Source of the DNA: Octopus sinensis
Taxonomy: Eukaryota
NCBI RefSeq assembly: GCF_006345805.1
Contig: NW_021833967.1
Span: 1-52,631 of the forward strand
Reading direction: 5' to 3'
Length of the DNA stretch: 52,631 nucleotides
Positions 49,761 through 52,631 of this stretch are shown here, one piece after another. Made by a program: the position numbers and the translations under genes. Each line of letters opens with the position of its first letter. Within the stretch, counting starts at the first letter, position 1. The notes below the pieces were generated by a model. It did no database searches and was not told the origin of the DNA. It worked only from the letters and a program-made list of their open reading frames with translations.

Positions 49761-49940
49761 TTTTATCGGCGTATTTGATGATTTAGTTTACAGCCGCGAA
49801 AGGTCAAAAAATCCCTTCCACAAAAAAAATCTCGTTTTTAATTATATTTCTTGTTTGTGGTTATATTCATTTAATAACTTAGTCATTAATTTTAAAAATA
49901 ACACAGGATTTTTTATTTAAAATTTAATAGATTAACAAAA

Positions 49941-51140
49941 ATGCTTTTTAAAACCTTATTGTGGTCGCGAATAACCCAGTTAAAGCTATGCTTCCATTTT
50001 GCAAGCAGCCCGAGTCTAATATCTGTGGGAGAACTCCAAAAGACTAAAGAAATATCCTACAACTCAGCGCAAGTAAAAAATATTACTAAATATAGCTTTT
50101 CCTACACAAGTTATTTGGTTACCGAGGAATAATTCTCGCAGAAAACACGGTGCAATTATTTGATAGAAACTTAATTAGAACAAACAAGTAAAAAACTTTA
50201 AATTTATGATTTTAAGCTCATTTGAGTCCTCCTTCACTGTAGGAGGAGAATTACAAACAATGGTGGCACAGGAAATCAGATACTATCAGGTTCTAGTCGA
50301 TTCCAGAGACCTTGATCACATGGTAAGAATAAAAGGTTAATCGACAGAGAATTCGAAGCGAGGCCGTCACTTTCATTGACCCCGACGATGAAAATGACAA
50401 GCTATTTTGTATTCCTGGTTTTTATACATTTTTAATTTTGAATTAGGCTTGGACTATGTTCCCCACGAGTATATTCTTCCATATTCCTCCCAGGATCGGT
50501 ACCCGTTGAAGAACGAGTTGTTTGACCACTTCTTTCTATACTCACCTCGAGAAAGAGGTCGGAATGATCTTCCGGAACATTCCTTCTCTTGTCATGACCA
50601 TGTTGTTAAAATGATGAAAACACAACATTCCTGGCTAAACCTCCGTACAGTTTATAGAGAAACTACCAACGATATTTCTGTGACCGTCCTTCCTTTTTAC
50701 ATCGGAAAAAAAGTTACTCTAAAGTTTAATTTCTAGAGTTTCGGCGGGAAAATGTCTTATTGGGTTATGAAGGGAAATTTTCTATTGGTTTAGTGGCGTT
50801 ATTGTGTGAGGATCGAGAATCACGGAGATGACGAATTTACGATTAAGGGGAGACATTGGCGAATTTTTAGTCAGTCTGGCATAATTGAGGATATCAGAGG
50901 GGATGGAATAGCCGGAAATGTATACTCATAGTGCATTATTTGCAGCAGCCTCAGTTTTCGATTGTGGAACCTATTTTTCAGTATTGTAGCCACGTCTCCC
51001 TGCATTCTCCTTCTGGACATATATGGTGATTGATGTATGAGAATTTTAGGGGCACATATACCGTTCTCAGAAGTACTGGCGAGGAGTTTGAGATCAATAT
51101 TCCTCCCGTTTTGCTGGATGTAGTCGAAGAGACTGATTAA
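49941..51140 (+). CDS. POLDIP2: Polymerase delta-interacting protein 2 (YccV-like + ApaG domains)
   Basis: LFGYRG, YYQVLVDSRD, EAVTF, IPGLDYVPHEYILPY, VYRETTNDISVTVLPFY, WRYCVRIEN..RHWRIFS..IRGDG..FQYCSHVSL..SGHIWGTY...IPP. Confidence 0.92.
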
Positions 51141-51699
51141 TTGATCTGAATTTATTTTGAAATGTTATTTCATCTTTAATAAACTTTTAAAAAGAGGTGT
51201 TTAGGAAGAATGGTAATACCAAACATGTGGAGTGGGGGAATGTATTTTCCTCGGAGGATAGTTTTGAAGGTATTGTCGATAGGGTTTTACTAAAGAAGCG
51301 ATTTGTATAAGAGGGTCTGTAAGTATTTAATGGAAGTTGAAAGAATATGCTGGAAATAGCATTCATCTATGTTATGTAGATAGGTTTGATGTAACAATGT
51401 TCATAAACAAATAAATATTACGAAACCAGATAAATCTTTACCAGATAAGTTTCTCATCGCTGGAAACTAGGCTGTCACTTAGTTTCAATAGGAAAAAATT
51501 CGGTAAAAGAATTTTTAGGTAATATTGCCTTTTTGTTGACAAAGTTGGTGTTTTGGCGGTAAACCAAACCGCTCACAGATTTTCCACCTTTAGGAGTCAG
51601 AAAACTAAGAAATATGTCTCTAAGAGGAGAAATCTCGAAGAATCACCAACAGTTAATTAGGCTAATTAATTAGGTGATTCCAAGAATCCTCAAGATCTT

Positions 51700-52631
51700 T
51701 CTCAACTTTTCCCGATGTTAGACTCTGGACTCAACGCAAGTGCGGGACTGGCAGGGAGCAGTTTTTGTGAGGAATTGAATCGGGGTGATGTGGTTCTGGT
51801 TGTTAAGGTCTTAGTCTTTTGGCAGATGGTGATGTTGGATGGCTAAGAAGCCCTTTCCATCTTTCTTAATAAGGTGGTCAAGCGGACTTGGGATAATGTT
51901 GTTTAAGTTGGAAATTTTCGTTATGCTAGCCGCGGCTCGGCACAGTGTAGTCTCAATTTTAAGGCGGTTAGACCATGAGAGATTACCATGCGGCGCAGGC
52001 ATAGCCAATTGTCGGTTCGATGAATTGTTTGTAGAGAGTGCCGAGAGCCGGGAACGGTGTCTTTAGTCCGCCAAATATCGATTTGATTAGTCCAATTTTT
52101 CTCTGACTGGATCCGATGGCCTTCTCCAAATGGGCAGTAAAACACATGTGGGTGTCAAAAGTGACCCCCAGATTTTAGGGTTCTTCGTGAATGGAATCTT
52201 TTCGTTGTCCAGAAAAAGATCAATAGTACGGCTTCCGAGTCTCTTGTCCGACATAAATAAGGTAGTGGACGATTTTTCGGAGGAGATGTTCATCTTGTTT
52301 TGATATAGCCAAGTTCGAATTTGTAATAAGAGATCTTGTGGTCTTTTGGAAGCTTTCGAGAGGTCTTGATCACGTGATCCAATGAGTAGGTCGTCAGCGA
52401 AGGCGAGAATGAATGAGCCTTCCATTTCAGGGTTAGGAATGTCGGATATATATAAATTGAATAGAGCAGGAGAGAGGGGGGAACCTTGGGGGACTCCATT
52501 TGGAAGTAATCTTGAGATTGATTTGATTCCATTCAGGCATACACGCCCTCTCCTTCCGCTGAGGAAATTCGAAAGCCAGAGTTTTATGTTCGAGTCGATC
52601 GATAGGCTGAATATTTTTTGAGTCAGTATCT
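51700..52631 (-). mobile_element. APE-type LINE RT region (I/Jockey group-like), continues beyond window
   Basis: VPQGSPLSPALFNLYI, FADD, KSSTTLF, NPKI(L)GVTFD. Confidence 0.8.

Overview
AT-rich eukaryotic (animal) genomic DNA. Host genes are compact and interrupted by GT-AG micro-introns of about 21-33 nt. With an innexin and metazoan-type PI4KA, NDUFA10 and ANKRD26-like genes, this best fits a dicyemid mesozoan (inference, not proven). Host genes recovered by manual splicing: PI4KA (3' part), Rab1-like GTPase, intronless innexin, tRNA-Ile(AAT), GRAMD1/Aster-like, DERA, ANKRD26-like, NDUFA10, SLC36-like transporter, a 5'-broken WDR3/UTP12 fragment, a 95-aa orphan gene and POLDIP2. More than half the window is nested transposon DNA: hAT (Buster and GTF2IRD2 types), pogo/Tigger, Tc1/ITm, a Ginger-like integrase, two tandem Pif1-carrying Helitrons, and R4-like, CRE-like, RTE and other non-LTR elements. 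Many frameshifts are single-base losses in homopolymers and are probably assembly errors. Most interesting: (1) an R4-like REL retrotransposon family that resembles microsporidian elements as I recall them; (2) Rep-less Helitrons with a candidate stand-alone Pif1 gene, tandem 5' termini and a doubled 3' terminator; (3) a CRE element with twin-priming geometry and a PHD finger; (4) templated-repeat scars at a WDR3 break; (5) an exon+intron tandem duplication; (6) a micro-intron orphan gene missed by the ORF track. No database searches were run; family assignments rest on motif recognition.
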